Notes under the pieces: model-generated
The model's database searches: none
Seen by the model: only the letters and a program-made list of their open reading frames with translations
Told to the model about the DNA's origin: nothing
In this document: piece by piece, positions 36,191-48,515 of the stretch
Position numbering within the stretch: position 1 is the first letter of the stretch
Layout of the letters: the number at the start of each line of letters is the position of its first letter
Assembly: GCA_030390025.1 (NCBI GenBank)
Contig: CM059431.1
Location: forward strand, 143,160,001 to 143,224,000
Source: Squalus acanthias
Taxonomy: Eukaryota
DNA: 64,000 nt
Direction of reading: 5' to 3'
Translations under genes and position numbers: made by a program

Positions 36191-37117
36191 AATATTGTAA
36201 ATCTCACTACAACTGTCAACATTTATCTACACCCAGTTCGAGTGGGGCTGATTCGATTTTGCACCGTTCACCTTTCTGAGACAAAGCTCACTGCAAAAAA
36301 CTTTTTAAACAAAAAATGTTTCCTTTAATTCTAGAATCTGTTGCTCGAAAACAATGGACTAATTTTGCTACTATCAATATATTTACTTTGAATATATTTA
36401 AATGTAATTAAATTTGTTTGAATTACTCACTTTATACTTAACTTTTTAATTTCTTTCCTTGCCCCTATTTATAGGGACTGAACTCAGTAACAATATCTGC
36501 TGGCAACACCAGCTTCGCCCGCAGTAACTCTCCACTGATGTAGCGTAACCAGGGGCGGAAACCTGTCTCCAAGCGACATCGCAAAGGAGCCAGGAGCCAG
36601 GAGCCAATCACACAGCATCCAATAACAATGTCACAAAGCAGCCGAAGCTCCGCCCCGTCGAGGTGTCACAGGATCAGATGACCAGGCTCTCCTCGTGGTG
36701 CGCAGTCTCACTAGAGATGGACACCTGTTGTACATTCAGTCCTGTCTCCGAGCCTGCTCCCATGTACTGAAATCCCAGGCAGGCAGCAAAAACGCGTATA
36801 ATTGCCTTTTACGTACTGTCCTCCCATGCTCCAAATATGAATACATACTATTCACTGGCCCGTGTGTTCATCTTTTGATTTGTACACCACAAAGTCTCCC
36901 TCGCATAATATCAGACAGTTTGTCTCGCTCCTGTCTTGGCATTGAAACGCAGTCTGAAGTATTGGTGCTTGGATGAAGACATAACAAGCACCTCTGTGTA
37001 CTAATATTCCATGTAACAGGAAGAGGTGTCAGAGGCACATTGTAGGGATCATCAGGGCTATGAATGTGTGAGGCCACTGGACTAATAATTGGAGGCGAAA
37101 TCATGGGTAATAATAGA

Positions 37118-37822
37118 TAAAGCTCCGTCTACACTGTCCCATCAAACACTCGCAGTTCAGGTACGGCAGGAGATACACGCAGAGTAAAACTACATCTAAA
37201 CTGTCCCATCAATCACTCCCAAATTATGTACGGCATGGGTTAGATACACTGTAGAGCACAGTTTAAAATATCCCATCAAACAGTCCCACGTCAGGTCCAG
37301 CACGAGGTAATACTGAGTAAAGCTCCCTCTACATGCCCCACCAAACCCGTCCAGGTCAGCTACTACACTGGTTAGATACAGAGCAAATCTCTGTCTAAAC
37401 TGTCCAATCAAACACATCCAGGTTTAGTACAGTATGTATTAAATACCGAGTCAAGGTCCTTTTAGAAATTCCCATAAAACACTCCAGGTCAGGAAAAGCC
37501 CGAGTCAGATACAGAATAAATCTCCCTCGACGCTGTTCGAAAAAACTCTCACATGAAAGGTACAGTACGGATTAGATAAAAGTAAAGCTCCCTGGTCACT
37601 GTCCCATCAACACCACTCCGGCAATACAGCTTGGGCTAGTTACGGAGAATAGCACCCTCTACACTATCTCGTTAAAAAGTCGAATTACAAGTAGACGTGG
37701 TTAATTACAGTGTAAATCTCACTGCATAGTCGTTCGCAAGTACAGACAACTCAGGTGCAGCTTGTGGCCAAAGCAATGTTCAGCTTACCTGACACGACCA
37801 ATGTAGCACACCATCTCACGTA
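37118..37822. repeat. ~67-bp minisatellite array, degenerate; resumes at ~39112-39565 after a CR1 insertion
   Basis: TAGATAC.GAGTAAAGCTCCCT...CTGTCCCATCAAAC units. Confidence 0.8.
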
Positions 37823-37825
37823 TAG

Positions 37826-39110
37826 AGTCATAACGATACCGAAGGAGGCCATTCGGCCCATCGAGTCCGTGTCGGCTCTCTGTAGAGCAATCCAGTCAGT
37901 CCCATTTCCCCCGCTCTATTCCCGTAGCCCTGCAAGTTGATTTCCCTCAAATGCCCATCCTGTCTCCCCTTCAAAACATTGAGAGTCTCCGCTTCCTCCA
38001 CTTCCGTCGGCAGCGAGTTCCATATCCTCACCATCCGCTGTATAAACACTTTTTTCCTCACATCACCCCTGTATCTGTTGCCCTAAACCTAAATCTGTGT
38101 TTCCTAGTCCTTGTACCATCAATTAGTGGGAACAGCCTGTCCCCGTCTAGCCTATCCAAACCCGTCAGAATCTTTTACACCTCTATCATAATCTTGTACG
38201 CCTCTATCAAATCACCCCTCAACCTCCTTTGCTCTAATGAAAACAAATCCAGTTTCTCCAAACTGTCCTTGTAGCGAAGATCCTCCATCCTCGGAACCAT
38301 TCTGGTAAATCTCCTCTGCACCGTCTCAAGTAACTTCACACCCTTCCTAATGTGTGGTGACTAGAACTGGACGCAATACTACAGTTGTGGCCTAACCAGC
38401 ACTTTATAAAGGTTCAACATAACTTTTCTAATTTTGTACTCACTATCTCTATTTATGAAGCCCAAGATCCCATATGCTTTGCTAACCCCTCTCTCAATAT
38501 GTCCCGCCACCTTTAGGGACATATGCACATTAACACTCAGGTCCCTCTGAACGTGCACACTCTTTGAAACCGTGTCATTAAGTGTATATTGACTCGCCCT
38601 ATTCCTTCTGCCAAAATGCATCACCTCACTTGTCTTCCCATTCTGCTAGCCTTTCTATGTCCTGTTGCAGTCGATTGGTATCATCTTCGCTTTTTGCCAC
38701 ACCCCCAAGTTTGGTTTAATTGGCAAATTTAGAAATTCTACTCTGTATTCCAATATCCAGGTTATTAATATATATAACATGGATATTGGAATACAGAGTA
38801 GAATTTCTAAATTTGCCAATGAAATATACATAAATATATATATATATATCAAACAGACATTGGCCCCAGCACTGACCCTTGGGGAACACCAACGTCTAAC
38901 ATCCACCAGTCTGAACAATAGCCATTTACCAGAACTCGCTGTTTCCTGTCATTAAGTCAATTCATTTTCCAAGCTGCCACTGACCCACCTACTCCATGAG
39001 ACTAAATTTTATTAACCAGCCTTCTATGTGGTGTCAAAAGCCTTCTCAAGATCCATGTAGACAACATCCATTGCATTCCCTTCATCAATCCTCCCTGTCA
39101 CTTCATCATA
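37826..39110 (-). mobile_element. 5'-truncated CR1
   Basis: KAYGILGFINR, LYKVLVRPQL, FIQRMVRIWNSLP; CR1 3' UTR. Confidence 0.9.
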
Positions 39111-39714
39111 AAGTCGTGCTGCATAGTAGTTGCTCCCAGGTCAGGTATAACTCGAGTTAGGTACAGAATAAAGTTCAGTCAGTACTTTCCCATCAAACAT
39201 ACACAGGTTAGGTACATTCTGGGTAAAACGCAGAATAAAGTTCACTCTAAAAATCCCATCATACACTCTCAGGGCAATTTCAGCACGGGCTATATACAGA
39301 ATGATGCTCCCTCGACATTGTCTCAGAAAAACACACAGGTGAGGAACAGCACGGGGCAGATACATCGTAAAGTAACCTCGAAACTGTTCAATCAAATACA
39401 CTCAGGTCAGGTTGATAGGGGTTTAGATACAATGCAAATCTCACTGCATATATCGTTCATCTCGCAGAGTGAAGCACAGCATCTCACGGACAGCATGGTA
39501 TGAATACCAGACCGAAATCTCTGCACATATCAACATCACACACTCGCAGGTGAGGTATGGGCGAGCTTTATACACCAGTAAATCACCAGTCAAATTGACT
39601 CAAAAATACCTAGATTTTTACCAGAAATTTAACGGCACCCAATAACTTGTTAGACTCTCACCTTGAACAAATCCTTTACTGATGGGATTCTCAGTGGAAC
39701 TCCTCGCCTTTCTA

Positions 39715-40785
39715 AAAGTATCCAAAAATCTATCGATCTCTGTCTTGACTATAATCAACGACAGAGCATCGATAGCCCTCTGTGGTAGAGACTTCCAAAG
39801 ATTCACAACCGTTTCAGTGAAAAAATGTCTCCTCATCTCAGTCATAAATCGCCGAGATCTTATTGTGAGACTGCGATCCCTAGTTCCTGACTCCACAGCC
39901 AGGGGAGCATCCTCCCAGCATCTATCCTGTCGAGACCCGAAAGAATTTTCAACGTTTCTGTGAAAACTTCTCATTCTTCTAAATTCTAGGGAATATAGGC
40001 CTAGTCTACTCAATCTCTCCTCATAGAACAATACCCCTATACCAGGACCCAGTCTAGTGAGGCCCCGTGACACTCCATCTAAGGCAAATACATCCTCCCT
40101 TACGTAATAAGACCAAAACTGTACACAGTACTCCAGGTGTGGTCTCAACAAGGCCGTATATTATTGCAGTAAGACGTCTTTACTCTTATCCTCTAATTAT
40201 TTTGTAGTAAAGGCTGACATAACATTTGCTGTCCTAATGTATTTCCTTACCTGCATGTTAACTTTCTATGATTCCTGTACAAGGTACCCATGACCCTCTG
40301 AGCACCAATGTTTCCCAATCTCTCACCATTTAAAAATATTCTGCTTTTCTATGTTTCCTACCTATGTGGATAACTTTACATTTCATCACGTTAGATTCCA
40401 TCTGCCATGTTCTGCCTCAGTCATTGAAACTGTCTATATATCTTTGCAACCTCTTTGTGTCCTCCTCACAACTTATTTTTCCACCCAGCTTTGTTTCGTC
40501 AACAAACTTGGATACATTCCACTCGGTCCCTTCATCAAAGTCATTAATATAGATTGTAAGTAGCTGAGGCCCAAGCTCTGATGTTTGCGGTACCCCACTA
40601 GTTACAGCCTGCTAACTCGAAATTACCTGTATATTACTACTCACGGTTTTCTGCCCGTTAACCAATCCTCATGCCCATGCTAATTTCTTATCACCAATCC
40701 CATGACCCCAAATTTTGTGTAATAACCTTTAGTGTGGCAACTTATCGAATGCTTTTTGAAAATCGGAATCTACTCCATTCACTGG
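39715..40785 (-). mobile_element. Degenerate CR1 RT fragment
   Basis: [12 protein letters not shown]...FFTETVVNLWKSLPQR. Confidence 0.88.
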
Positions 40786-41219
40786 TGATTATGTGGCTGA
40801 AGGCCAGCATAATGATGACAAATACGAGGGGACAAAGAACAAAGAAACATAGTAATTGCTGGAGGAAAAATGACCATAGTTCATTTAGTTCACCTACTAC
40901 CATCCTGCTAGTCGCATGTTACATAATACAGTTGCTTGCTAATCATCGAAATCGATCTCCATCAATTAGTCTACAAAAGACCCAGTAAAGACAAGAGTAA
41001 ATCCCCAGTGATACAGCGCTGTGTGGACCATGGGTTCAAAGTCATGAGTTCATCCGAAGCTATCACACTTAGGTCATGTCTCAAATTATGCAGATACCGT
41101 TTCCCAAAACGCTACTTTCAGAAAGAAATCTCTCTAATTTTCATTTGAGTTAGTTATTTCTAACTTCTTCCAGGGTCTTTCCAGGGAGCCTGTTCCATAG
41201 CTGGTTTATGATGTATATA

Positions 41220-41750
41220 GATTTATATAGAATGTACAGCACAGAAACAGAACATACGTTACAACTGGTCCATGTCTGTGTTTATGCTCCACACGAGCCT
41301 CCTCCCACCACACTCACCTAAACCTATCAGCATATCCTTCTAGTCCATTCTTTCTTATGTACTTCCCAGCATCCCCTTCAATGTATCGATGTCACTCGCC
41401 ACAACTAATCCTTGTAGTAGCGAATTCCACATTCTAACCAGTTTCTTGTTGAATAAGTTTCTCCTGGACTCCCTGTTGGATGTATTAGTGCCTATCTTAT
41501 ACTCATGGCCACTAGTTTCATTCTCCTCACAAGTGGGAATGTCTTCTCTTCCTTTACCCTATAAAACCCATTCATAATTTTAAAGACTGCTATCGGGTCA
41601 CCCGTCAGCACTCTCTTTTCTTGAGAAAAGTGCCGCGGATTGTTCAAAATTTGCTGATAGCTATAATCCCTCATTTCTGGTATAAAACCTTTAAATATCT
41701 TCTTCGCCTCTTTCAGTGCCTCTATTTCCTTTTTATAATATGAGAATCAG
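41220..41750 (-). mobile_element. Old CR1 3' fragment
   Basis: GDPIAVFKIMNGF and a CR1-type 3' UTR (TACAGCACAGAAACAG on the + strand). Confidence 0.7.
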
Positions 41751-41769
41751 AGCCTAGCCTCTGAACCAC

Positions 41770-42220
41770 AGTGTAAGTGCAGTGGTACTTCTGGTACCGG
41801 AGGAGGATGTTTAACTCTAGTGTAAGTATAGGTTGCCACTAATATTGGAGGAGCACGGTCAGTTCTATTCTAAGTGTAGGATACCAATATTACTAAAGTA
41901 GCACGTTCATCTATACTGTAAGTGTAGGGCAACACTAGTACCGGAGAAGCACTGACAACCCCAAGATAAAGTGTAGAAGTACCACTAGTGGTGGAGGAGC
42001 ATGTTCCACTCTTTTGTATGTTTAGCGAACCTCTTGTACCACAGGAGTGTGCTCACTTCTGGTGTAAATATAGGCTATCACGAGTACCGGAGGAGCACAG
42101 TCATGTCTACTGTTGGTGTAGGATAAAAAAAGTACAGGCGGAGCACGGGCAAATCTAATGTAAGTGTAGGTTATCACTAGTAGTGGGGGAGCACGGTTTC
42201 GTCTAGTGTAAGTTTAAGAA
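41770..42220. repeat. ~48-bp degenerate minisatellite; resumes at ~46575-46665 after the CR1
   Basis: Unit approximately CTAGTGTAAGTGTAGG.TACCACTAGTACCGGAGGAGCACGGTCA. Confidence 0.85.
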
Positions 42221-42224
42221 CTGC

Positions 42225-45200
42225 CAGAGAGCTGACTCATAAATCTGAGTAATATAAACAAGGGAGGTTGGTGTGCAGTTTGTCACGGAGTGCAACTTGA
42301 CACAAAGTGAATACATTTGGAGTTTGGTAAGTGTGGGAGTTCGTTGAAGTGGGAGAAGGAAGTGTCGCTTTGCCTTGCTTTTCCTAACCTCTCCCGCAGA
42401 GTGGCGGCGGACCTGAGCGGGAGCGGACCGAGGCCCGAGAGCGGGGATAAAAGCAGCAGAAGACCTGCAACTGCAAGAGAAAACTGCAGTGTGACGTCAC
42501 AGGTAAATCAGGTAAGTGATTGGTAGTGACTGTGGGCTAACGTTTATGTTAACATATAACATATAACTAAATTTTTAAAACTAAATTTACTTTAATTAAT
42601 TTAATAAAATAAACGAGGCAAATACTTTGATTACCATTAAACTAATAAATTAATAACTCAGTACAATAATGGGAGAACAGGAAATATGTGTTGCTGCTGC
42701 AATATGTGGGAGCTTGTGGTCACTTTTGTCCAGGGTGACTACACCTGCGGTAAAGTATCTGCGGCTCGAGGAACTTCGGTTCCGACTGGAGGAGCTGGAG
42801 TCCAAGCTGCAGACATCGCGAGACATCAGGGAGGGAGAAAGTTACCTGGACCTTTTTCTCCAGGAGGCAGCTACACCCCTTAGACTAAATACTTTAGAAT
42901 TGACACGAGGTCATGGACAGGAGGGTGTGGCTGTGAGTGAGGCAAGTACGGGGATCCAGGAGGTAGTATTGCAGGAGCCTCAGTCCCTGCACTTGTCCAA
43001 TAGATTCGAGGTTCTTGTAACCTTTGTGGACAAGTGCGGGGACTGCGAGGAGGACGAGCAAACTGACCACTGCACCGTGGTACAGGAAGCCGTTCAAGTT
43101 GGGAAAGTAAAAATGAAGGTGGTTGTTGTAGGTGACACTATAGTTAGGGGGATAGAAACTGTTCTCTGCAGCCAGGAGCGTGAGACCCGAAGGCTAGGTT
43201 GCCTACCTGGTGCCAGGGTAAAAGACATCTCCTCCGGGCTGTACAAGAACTTGGAATGGGAGGGCGAGCAACCAGTTGTCGTGTTCCACGTAGGTACCAA
43301 TGACATAGGTAGGACTAAGATAAAGGTTCTGCTGCGAGAGTTTGAGCAGCAGAACCACAAAGGTAATAATCTCTGGATTATTACCTGAGCCACGAGCAAA
43401 TTGGCATAGGGTCAATCGGATCAGGGAGATGAATGCGTGGCTCAAGCATTGGTGTGGGAGAAGTGGGTTTTGATTCCTGGGGCACTGGCACTAGTACTGG
43501 TGAAAGAGAGAGCTGTTCCGTTGGGACGGACGACACATGAACCATGCTGGGACCAGAGTTCTAGTGAATCGAATAACTAGGGAGGTAGTTAGGGCTTTAA
43601 ACAACATAAGGGCGGGGGGGGGGGGGGGGGGGGGGTCACGGTGGAGAGAAATCTAGAATGTTAAAGAGAAAAGACAAGGAAGCAGTGCAGGAACGGGAAT
43701 GGGTAAGGATAACCAGATTGTGTCAGGAAGGGACAGAGCGTATAAACAAAAGAGTGCACTAACAAATAGGATCCCGGTAAGAAAAAATGGTAAGACAAAT
43801 AGGGCCATAGTACAAAAAAAGTTAAGATGTCCAAAAATTTTAAAAAGACAAATCTAAAGGCACTGTTTCTGAATGCACGAAGCATTCGTAATAAGGTAGA
43901 CGAATTAACAGCACAAATAGATGAAAACGGATACAATTTAATTGCAATTACAGAGACATGGTTGCTGAGTGACCAAGGCTCGGAGCTGAATATCCAAGGA
44001 TATTCCATATTTAGGAAGGATAGGCAAAAAGGTAAAGGAGGTGCAGTGGCGTTGTTCGTGAAGGATGATAGCAGAGCAATAATGAGAAAGGATATTGGCT
44101 CAGAAAATCAAGATGTTGAATCAGTCTGTGTGGAGCTAAGAAGCAGAACACATTGGTGGGAGTTGTATATAGGCCTCCAAACAGTAGCTTTAATGTAGTG
44201 GACGGCATCAAACAGGAAATTAGAAATGCATGAAACAACTGTACTACAGTAATCACGGGTGTCTTTAATCTACATAAAGAATGGCCAAAGCAAATTAGCA
44301 GTAATACTGTGGAGGATGAATTCCTGGAGTGTGTACGAGATGTTTTTTTTAGACCAGTACGTTGAGGAGACAACCAGGGAACAGACTATCAAAGATTGGG
44401 CATTCTGCAATGAGAAGGGGTTAAATAATAATCTTGTTTTTCGGTGTCCTTTAGGGAAGAGTGAACATAACATGTAAGAATTCTTCATTACGATGGAAAG
44501 TTAAGTAGTCCAATCCGAAACTAGGGTCCTAATTCAAAACAAAGGAAACCACGAAGGTAAGAGAAGGGAGTTGGTTATGATAGATTGGGGTGCTTCATTA
44601 AAAGTCATGATGGTGGATAGACAATGGCTAACATTTAAGGAACGGATGTTTGAATTGCAACAGCTATACATTGCTTTCTGGCCCAAAGACACTAAAGGGA
44701 AAGCGGCCCAACCATTGCTAACAAAAAAGTTAAAGATAGTATTAGATCGAAAGAGGAGTCATATAAAGTTGCCAGAAAAAGTAGCAAGCCTGAGGATTGG
44801 GAGCAGTTTAGAGTTCAGCAAAAACAGGCCAAGAGATTGATTAAGAGGGGAAAAAGAGTATTATAGTAAACTGACGAGGCACATAAAAGCAGCAAGTAAA
44901 CGCTTCTGTAAGTATGTAAAATGAAAAAGATTAGTGAAGACAAATGTAGGCCCCTTACAGTCAGAAATGGAAGAATTTATAATGGGGAACAAGGAAATGG
45001 CAGAGCAATTAAACAAAAACTTTGCCTCTGTCTTCACGGTAGAGGTCCCAAATAACTTCCCAATTAAATCTAAGGAACTAAGGGTCTAGTGAGAAGGAGG
45101 AATTAAAGGAAATTAGTCTTAGTAAAAAATAGTGCTGGAGAAATTAATGGGACTGAAAGCCGATAAATTCCCCGGGCCTGATAACCTGCATAACAGAGTA

Positions 45201-46575
45201 CTAAAAGACGTAGCCATGAAAACAGTGGATGCATTGGTTGTCATCTTCCAAAATGCTATAGATTATGGATAAGTTCCTGTAGATTGGAGAGTGGCAAATG
45301 TAACCCCACTGTTTACAGAAGGAGGGAGGGAGAAAACAGGGAGCTGCAGACCGGTTAGCTTAACGTCAGTAGTAGGGAAAATGCTAGAGTCTATTATAAA
45401 TAATTTGATAACAGGACACTTAGAAATTTTCAACGGGAGTCGACAAAGTCAGCAATGGATTTATGAAAAGGGAAATCGTGTTTGACAAACCAACTGGAGT
45501 TTTTTGAGTATGTAACTGGTAGAATAGATAAGGGAGAACCAGTGGATGTGGCGTATTTGGATTTTCAGAAGTCCCTTGAAAAAATGCCGCATAAGAGGTT
45601 AGTGTGTAAAATTAAAGCACATGGGATTGGAGCTAATATATTGGCATGGATTGCCAATTTGTTAACAGACAGGAAACAGAGAGTAGGAATAAATGGGTCT
45701 TTTTCGGGGTGGCAGATGGTGACTAGTGGGTACCGCAGGGATCAGTGAGTGGCAAATACATGACAGATGCAGTATAACGTGGATAAATGTGAAGTTATCC
45801 ACTTCGGTAGGAAAAACAGAACGGAAGGGTATCATTTAAATGTTGATTGATTGGTAAATGTTGATGTAGAAAGAGTCCTGGTTGTCCTTGTACACCAGTC
45901 ACTGAAAGCAAACATACAGGTGCAGCAAGCAGTTAGGAAGGTAAATGGTATGTTGGCCTTCATTCAAGAGGATTTGAGACAGGAGCAAGGATTTTTTACT
46001 ACAGTGAGACCACACCTGGAGTACTGCTTGCAGTTTTGTTCTCCTTACCTAAAAAGGATATACTTGCCATACATGGAGTGCAGCGAACGTTCACCCGATT
46101 GATTCCTCGGATGGACTGTCGTACGAGAAGAGTTTGGATCGACTAGGCCTCTATTCACTAGAGTTTAGAAGAATGAGAGGGGGATCTCATTGAAACGTAT
46201 AAAATTCTGACCGGGCTAGACAGACTGGATGCAAGGTGGATGTTTCCCCTGGCTGGCAAGTTTAAAACTAGGGTTCATAGTCTCAGGATACGGGGTAGGA
46301 CATTTAGAACTGAGATGAGGAGAAATTTCTTCAGTAAGAGGGTGGTGAACCAGTAGAATTGTCTATCACAGATGACTTTGGTAGCCAAGTCACTGAATAT
46401 ATTTAAGAAGGAGATAGATTTCTAGACACAAAAGGCATCAAGGGATATGGGGCGAGAGCGGGAATATCGTATTGAGATGGAGGATCAGCCATGATCATAT
46501 TGAATGGCGGAGCAGGCTCGAAGTGAAGAATGTCTTGCTCCTGCTTCTATTTTTCTATGTTTCTATGTTTCTATG
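42225..46575 (+). mobile_element. Near full-length but decayed CR1 LINE: 5' UTR, ORF1 (zinc finger/leucine zipper + SGNH esterase), ORF2 (APE-RT), (TTTCTATG)n tail
   Basis: ORF 42669-43388 has CCCCNMW/TCGK, LEELRFRLEELESKL, VVGDTIVRG, CLPGARVKD and HVGTND. ORF2 remnants are [24 protein letters not shown] and YLDFQK. Many stops and frameshifts. Confidence 0.92.
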
Positions 46576-47102
46576 TAGGTTGTCACTAGTAGTGGAGGAG
46601 CAGGGTCACGTCTAGTGTAAGTTTTAGGAGCTAATATTACCAGAAGAACATGGTCATCTCTAATGCTGCAGGATTGTTTCATATATTGCAGGATTTGTTT
46701 CACCGCCTGTTCTGGAGGTGTTGGAACACTAGGAGTCAGTGAAGGGCAGGGTCAGGCCGATGGCTGCCATTGTAGCTGCTTCCACCAGTCCTGCTGGAAT
46801 AGGGTCAGCTCCAGTGTTGGGTGATTCCCGTTTCCATTCGTAAAGAATGTTTGTACTGTGCATTTTTTGGAAACTGTACAATAAAAATTTCACATTTTTT
46901 CTCTTAATCCGACGAATAAGTCCAAAAAAAAAACAACTTACCTCAGTTTATTTGTTAAATGAACTAATGCCAATTATGAGGTAATTTGATTAACTCCCTG
47001 GCGGATTAATGTGTGGATAAATATAGCTTACATTCTATTGTCTCAGCCGTGCGCCAGTCAGAGTCTTTCATCTCCTACAGAATTAATCCAATCTCACAGA
47101 AA

Positions 47103-48515
47103 ATGGGACGACCGGCTATACTGCTGATAAAAGAGATTTTCTACCCGATTCCCGCAGCTTTCGGTGTCCCCGGTGAGCCATTATAACCTGCTTGTTGTTA
47201 ATCGGTGTTAACCGTCTCACTGTTCATGTCGCCTGTTGGATAAGGTAACAGTTTTAAAGATGTTAGCATGACACAGTGAACCGCATGTCCGCACTTTCCC
47301 AGTTGCCATTGATATGATAACATTACTGATGTTACAATCTTCTTTGTAACTCCAACACAAGGATTTTTGCGGATTTCCAGACCGTCTTGTCCCCCCGTGC
47401 AGAGTGAGCGCTGCAGCAGCTCATTAAAATGTGTGGGTGGGTTTCCCAGGTAATGGCTCCAATACTAATCCTGTTCTCACACTGCTCCGTGTGGATAATC
47501 ACACTGAATGGAGTAAAATGCTCTCAACAGGGATCTCCATATATATTTCAATCAGACACTGGAACATTATTTCTCTCCTCTCTCTCTCTCTTACAGCGAA
47601 CTTGCTGACAATGGTGATTCTTTCCCGAGGAAACTGCGCCCTTTCCAAGTGTATCTCTGTCTACATGATGGCCATGGCAACAGCAGATCTACTGGTCATG
47701 ATCTTCAATGTACTGACGTATTATATTTTCAGTTATCATTTTCCACTTTCATGCCTGTCCCAGACTCCCGTGTGTAAGTTCAATCTATACATGACTGCTG
47801 TCACCTTCGATTTGTCTGTTTGGTTCACCGTCACCTTCACATTTGACCGATTTGTAGTTATCTGCTACCAGAAGTTTAAAGTAAAGTATTGCACCGAGAG
47901 AACTGCGGCCGCGGTTATAACAGTGTTCACGGTTCTAATCTTTTTAAAGGGCATCCGCGTGCTGTTTGCATTTGAATCTCAGCAAACAATTAACAACAAG
48001 CAGTGGGGCTGTCGGTCAAGTGTAGCTTTTTTTTCCTCCCCTCCAGGTGAAGCGTATCTCTGGTTTCAGACCATATGGCTCGTTTGGCTTCCCTTTACCT
48101 GAATGGCTTTGTTAATTGTTTGATCGTCAAACATATATTAATGGCCAACAGAGCCCGCAGGGGACTCCGGGGTCAGAGCAGTGAGAATCAGAGTGATTCA
48201 GAGATGGAGAGCCGAAGGAAATCCATCATTTTGCTCTTCGCTGTATCGGGCAGTTTTATATTGCTGTGGCTGACATCTGCCGTGAGTTTTGTAACTACCA
48301 GAATGTCGAACACCACTTACTACCGAGGCGACCGCACAAACCCAGCCTATATCGCCGCTGAAACCGGAGCCATGCTGAAGCATTTGATTTCCTGTCCGAA
48401 CACGTGTATTTATGCAGCAACCCAGAGGAGATTCAGAGAAGAGCTGAAGAAGGTGCTGAAATCTCCCTGGACACTGATTCTAAGATTGGTTAAACATGAA
48501 ACAAAGCCGAATTAG
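47103..48515 (+). pseudogene. GPR139-like class A GPCR, two exons (47103-47172, 47597-48515), disrupted in TM5
   Basis: Exon 1 is MGRPAILLIKEIFYPIPAAFGVP|GTGAGC. Exon 2 follows TTACAG: ANLLTMVILSRGNC, AMATADLL, VTFTFDRFVVIC, CPNTCIYAATQRRFREEL. In-frame TGA at 48100-48102, with TM6-7 in a different frame (48075-48515). Confidence 0.88.

Larger units (their letters stand above)
25015..39713. repeat. Unclassified locally amplified module (block B - AT-rich spacer - block A - 67-bp satellite), ~5 diverged copies broken up by TEs
   Basis: Block B at ~25015-25305, 26495-26790, 31075-31170, 31322-31432 and 39572-39713. Block A at ~25465-25750, 31014-31070 (partial), 33795-34262, 34270-34765 and 36460-37118. 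Confidence 0.8.

Noticed and set aside
46692..46890. Possible terminal exon (TTGCAG acceptor, AATAAA at ~46879)
   Set aside because: No recognisable peptide or upstream partner exon; the signals could be chance.
47431..47596. Long N-terminus of the GPCR as given by the ORF track
   Set aside because: This is intron sequence ending in a (CT)n tract + TTACAG. The better N-terminus is exon 47103-47172.
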